A program made the position numbers and the translations under genes. Of a stretch of 64,000 nucleotides of DNA, positions 59,502 through 64,000 are shown piece by piece; position 1 is the first letter of the stretch; every line of letters begins with the position of its first letter. The DNA comes from Eledone cirrhosa (lineage: Eukaryota), in NCBI GenBank assembly GCA_964016885.1, contig OZ024744.1:110050001-110114000 (forward strand), read 5' to 3'. A model generated the notes under the pieces. That model ran no database searches. It worked only from the letters and a program-made list of their open reading frames with translations, and had not been told where the DNA came from.

Positions 59502-60642
59502 GTTCTTTACATGCTTCTTGGTATGTAACACTCTTCCTCTGAAGCAACTTAGATGCTCAAATGACGTTGGTCCTTGAACAATATGCAGAAGTAGCCGTAA
59601 ATAAAAACTCTCTCTGTTGTTGGGGTGAACATTGTAAACACACTCAATAGCATCGCTTACCTTGACTTCTTGACCTTCCCCAACATGGCTCTGCTTCTTT
59701 CAATTCCAGGTCTTACAATTGGTCCAGATGTGGTATGTTGGGATGTCAGCATGCAGGAGGGATTGAACAAATTCATCATTCTGATAGAGTTTTAAAAACC
59801 AGTTAGAGTAGTGTCATGTGAAGCTTGTGTCAACTGATGAGCTGTGGTCTCAGTGAAGTACAGTCTGTGCAACTTCTAGATGGACTGCGAGGTTGACCAC
59901 TGTTGGATGGTGTTGGTGGATATCAAATCCAAAGATCCGCTAGATAGCTTCATTGCTGGAGATGTATTAACCTGTCTGACACCGTTTGACTTCATCCAAT
60001 CCACCATCATTGAATTCTTTCTCAGTAATAACGGTAGCCTTGTCTGCCCTTGTTGATATATTTTGGGACAGAGAGTATTGCTTTGACAGAGCTGCAATAC
60101 TCAACATTGATATGGCCTTTTAAACGTTTACATAACAATTTGTTGCATTGCCTCCATTTTCTGGTCTACACCTACGATAAAGGGGAAATCCATCATTGTC
60201 AGTCTGAATTTCCTGAATAAAAGCTCTAGAATAATTTTTGCTGCATTTTTTTATCATGAATGCAGGGTGAAGCTGGATTGATGACTCCACATGCACAAGG
60301 TCTTGTTGGTATCCGAGAGCTCAGGATCACCGTCTTTATCAAGCAACTTAACTGAAACGATTTTATCAACATCATCTCGTCTCATCTTCTCCTTGCACCA
60401 GATTAGTGTGAGAGTGAGGAAGACCTCTCTTCTGCCATTCAATAGTGGTCATTTAGACGCTAAGCTTACCAAAGATTCTTCATTCTTTTAGGAGCCAGAG
60501 GATTTTTTTTATTATTTTAAATAATTCATTTGTTATTTCTGTCTAGTTTCAGTTGCATGTAAATGGTATCTGGCTGACCAAATCTTTTGACATAAGCCAT
60601 TGCATCTTGCGTGTCTTCATGCACGTGGTCCCCCCAAGAACC

Positions 60643-60800
60643 TTGATGGCAGTATGATTGGTTAGCCAATATTTCTGGGATCACCATCAGAATTGATGGC
60701 AGTACGACTGGTTAGCCAATATTTCTGGGGTCACCATCAGAATTGATGGCAATACGACTGGTTAGCCAATATTTCTGGGGTCACCATCCGAATTATTGGC
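60643..60800. repeat. 50-bp tandem repeat x3 near the Helitron 5' end
   Basis: ttgatggc...ggttagccaatatttctggg.tcaccatc recurs at 60643, 60693 and 60743. Confidence 0.9.
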
Positions 60801-60957
60801 ATCTCTAAGGTGAATGTAGTTCTCTGCCCTCAACGCAGGAAACCCAATTAGGGTTTGATTGTAAATAAAATGTATATATCGTCTGCTTACGTTAACTTTA
60901 GAGAGAGAGAAAAATGTTGGTGGATGCCGACACACACACACATGCACACACACACAT

Positions 60958-60993
<36 letters not shown>

Positions 60994-61075
60994 GTATGTT
61001 TCTAACATAATAACGCAAACACATACACGCACACGCGCGTACACATAGACACTCCCATTACCACTTTTGTGACAA

Positions 61076-61157
<82 letters not shown>

Positions 61158-61488
61158 GATGTGTAATGTTCAGTTATTGATGGTTCATCACTTTAAGCAC
61201 TCAACGTTGCTACATGGATCCGGCTACCAATGTAGGAGCTGTCCTTGTGCCATCACTAACTTTGGTATCCGTAACTGTAAGTAAAAATAAAGTAAACAAG
61301 AAGAAACAATGATTAAGCTCTGCTTGTTATGTAAATAGGAACGACGTCTCAGCTTAGCATCTTGTACATATTTTATTAACCTGTGACGTGTGTCTCGCCA
61401 CCGATCAGCTAAAAGAAACGATCACACACGAGCGGATCTCTATGGAATCGATAGCTCATCAGACTTATTAACAATTAGGAGATGCATG

Positions 61489-61876
61489 TGTAACGGAATT
61501 CTCCAATGTTTTACCTGACGAAGATTCGAAATCGAACCCAAAATTTCTCGCCTCTAAAACCACCTATTGTTAGGAATTCTCACCATTGTCCTGTCAAAAG
61601 ATAACTATGATAAACGTATATACTACTTGACCTGTGACCCCCAAGTATTTTACAAATAAAACACACGTGGCTTCTCCTAAATCAAGCCATATACACATCC
61701 TTCTAGCTATAGTATTATTATAAATACAATCGCTTGGAGAACTACAACACAGAGGGCATACGAAGCAACAGTCCTTGAGAGAATAACGATGTAACACTTT
61801 CTACAGACCCATTGGGGTCTACAGACGTCTACAGACTTCTACAGACCTTTTACTCTCTCTCTCTCTCTCTCTCTCT

Positions 61877-61925
<49 letters not shown>

Positions 61926-62156
61926 CTCTCACTCTCTCTCTTCTGGTCTTACAAGCTCTCACCTTCTCGGCCACAGACTACACCAGCAGAGATAATGATA
62001 ACACAGACGACAGAAGAAAGTTCTGCTAACACTATGAATTTTTCTTCACGAATACAGTCTTCTAGTTACTATGCTCTCACATTTCATACCACCAGCTCGA
62101 CTGATTGACCACTACTACAGGAAAAACGTATGCTAAGGATAAACACACATACACAC

Positions 62157-62231
<75 letters not shown>

Positions 62232-62544
62232 GGGGGGGAGAGTAAGTTTCCTTATATTGTTCCCTACTACACTTTATCTATCCTTTCGTCTTGTCATTTC
62301 TCTACTACTGTAAAGTATAACACAACTTCTACTGTATTGTTTTATTCAATACAAACATACACGCTAGCTCGAAGTAGCTAATATGACTATTAATATAGTG
62401 GTAATTGCTGTCACAATTTTATTACTCGATATTCGATGTACCAACAAGTGATTTTATTATTATGAAATAAACATTGTCAACATCATACTCCTTGCATCAT
62501 TGTTTCTATCATTCATCGCGCAAAGAATACAGCTATTCGCTACA
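61489..62544 (+). mobile_element. Solo-LTR-like element (~1.05 kb), copy 2
   Basis: Termini TGTAACG...CGCTACA; reverse-complement match to 28857-29905, including the internal (CT)n and (GA)n tracts. Confidence 0.65.
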
Positions 62545-62990
62545 TAATGGTGATCCCCATCACTACAGAATGGTGACTCCTATCACTACATGTGTGTTTA
62601 TATTAGTACACCCCCCCCCCTCCTGTATAACAATATATATACACATATAGATATTGTTATATTTAAGGAGGGTCCTGTTGTTATAATATTGTCAGAAATA
62701 ATAACAAAACACATCAATGTTTGGTTTGGGTTGGTTTTCGCTTCTGTATATTTTATATCCCTTGTAGATAATTTAGCAAGCAATCAATGTTTTTCATTGA
62801 TTGACCAACAGTTAATATATATATATATATATATATTCTAAGTCCAGAATTAGCCATCGAAACGGCTTGAGCTCAGCCCTCGGGGTCCTACTCGTTCCTA
62901 TTACCCACTCTACTACCCTAAGTATTGAGTACTTTGGTGCGTTATGGTCCACCTGGTTCCTTACCACATTTCTTCCGTTATATATATATA

Positions 62991-63042
62991 TAGTCTCTCA
63001 GATTTCTTTCGTCACACACCTGCGACATCATCAGTGATACTA
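62991..63042 (-). ncRNA. Minimal hammerhead-like motif (partly degenerate)
   Basis: Minus strand TATCA-CTGATGA-T-GTCGCA-ggtg-TGTGAC-GAAA-GAA-ATC-TGAGA; 6-bp stem II, weak stem III. Confidence 0.55.
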
Positions 63043-63387
63043 TTATCTTTCCTCTCATTGTAGTGTAATGTATACTTATTCAATTATTTATTTATTTATA
63101 TATTTTTTGTTGTCTCTGTTTGCGCATGCGTTTGTGTGCGTGTTTTCGTTTAGAGTCTGTTCTTGTTCCTGTGTATCTTAACTTACTATTGTGTGTTTGT
63201 GTGTGGTTATTGTTGTTGTTATATCATTCATTTATTTCTGTTTAACTCCGGTTTTCTTAGTTCTATTTCAGTTGCTTCTCTGATTTGCCTACCCGTTGAG
63301 TCATTTCTGTGTTTAGATATTATTTTAATTTCTATGTTGTCTATATTACCGTCATGTCTTTGTCTGGCATGTTCGTATAGTACCGAA

Positions 63388-63510
63388 ACTTATCCCTTTA
63401 AGAAAACCCACTGTAGTAATAAGAAATGTGTTATATGTAGAATGAACCCCCAGATAAATTGTAAAACTAGAAATGTAGTCTATAGCATAAGATGTACAGA
63501 GTGTACATAG
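63388..63510 (+). pseudogene. Penelope-type Cys-rich/GIY-YIG N-terminal fragment
   Basis: CSNKKCVICRM...CKTRNVVYSIRCTEC resembles the C..C / NVVY.I.C..C lead-in to PLE GIY-YIG domains. Confidence 0.6.
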
Positions 63511-63716
63511 GCGAGACAGCTTTAAGCATAGGAGAAAGAATAGACCAACACGGGGGGGGGGGGGGGGGGGGCTAAAAGGACAACAAAATGGTTCAGTACT
63601 ATACGAACACGCCAGACATGATGGTAATATAGACAACATAGAAAAATTATGGATGGAGCAGTAAATACAAATTAATAAAAAATAACCAATGTGTACGAAC
63701 CGCCACTATAACATTA

Positions 63717-63816
63717 TACACCGGGACATAAGATATATAATATATATATATATACTATGTTTCGCTATAAAAAGGCGAAGAATTATAATACATACAGGAA
63801 CTCATCAGCGGGTGTA
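63717..63816 (-). ncRNA. Degenerate type I hammerhead
   Basis: Minus strand TACACCCG-CTGATGA-...-GAAAC-ATAG..(TA)n..TTAT-GTC-CCGGTGTA. Stems I and III pair; stem II is poor. Confidence 0.55.
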
Positions 63817-64000
63817 CCTGCATCTTACGAACTCCACATATGTGAAAGAGGGAGAATATATAACTAACTTCCGATAGTACATGGTGCCAATGAGCGGACA
63901 GTGTGAATTAGTTAGCCCAGGGTGGCTTGAATAATCTATTAGATCACTAAAAATAGCAGTCCATAGCCAATCAAGTAGACAAAGGCTCAATTATATTAAT

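Larger units (their letters stand above)
56447..60910 (-). mobile_element. Degenerate, internally deleted Helitron (HUH Rep + PIF1 helicase)
   Basis: 3' hairpin CTCGGgcatcgCCGGG followed by CTGG|T at 56447. Rep motifs IEWQKRGLPHSH (~60440-60410) and HINVE..KYINKG. Helicase motifs DAPASTGKTF, LAGDFRQ, ILAPKN, RLQFPIRL and TINKSQGQS..FSHGQLYV. TC-start candidate at ~60910. Confidence 0.9.

Noticed and set aside
61425-61470. Minus-strand CTGATGA-GCTAT..ATAG motif
   Set aside because: No GAAA box or cleavage triplet with a stem I.

Overview
Eukaryotic, repeat-saturated 64 kb with no recognisable host gene. The SINE family and repeat landscape suggest a cephalopod (Octopus-like) genome, which is an inference. 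Bases 1-17.8 kb are a tandem array of ~420-bp monomers (continuing off the left edge), each carrying a type I hammerhead ribozyme (HHR; 42 motifs counted by eye), i.e. a retrozyme-like, potentially self-cleaving and circularising satellite. The rest is a nest of transposons: Penelope-like (Naiad-type) retroelements, including one near-intact 3.77-kb copy with identical HHR-bearing pseudo-LTRs; further degenerate HHRs; an apparently intact R4/Dong RLE retrotransposon next to (TAA)n with a structured 5' end and no upstream AUG; a degenerate R4-like copy; Tx1/L1-like LINEs; an RTE fragment; a degenerate Helitron with internal minisatellites; two inverted solo-LTR-like copies; SINEs; a 6-kb ACC-rich minisatellite; and several fold-backs. 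Coordinates were read by eye and may be off by a few bases.
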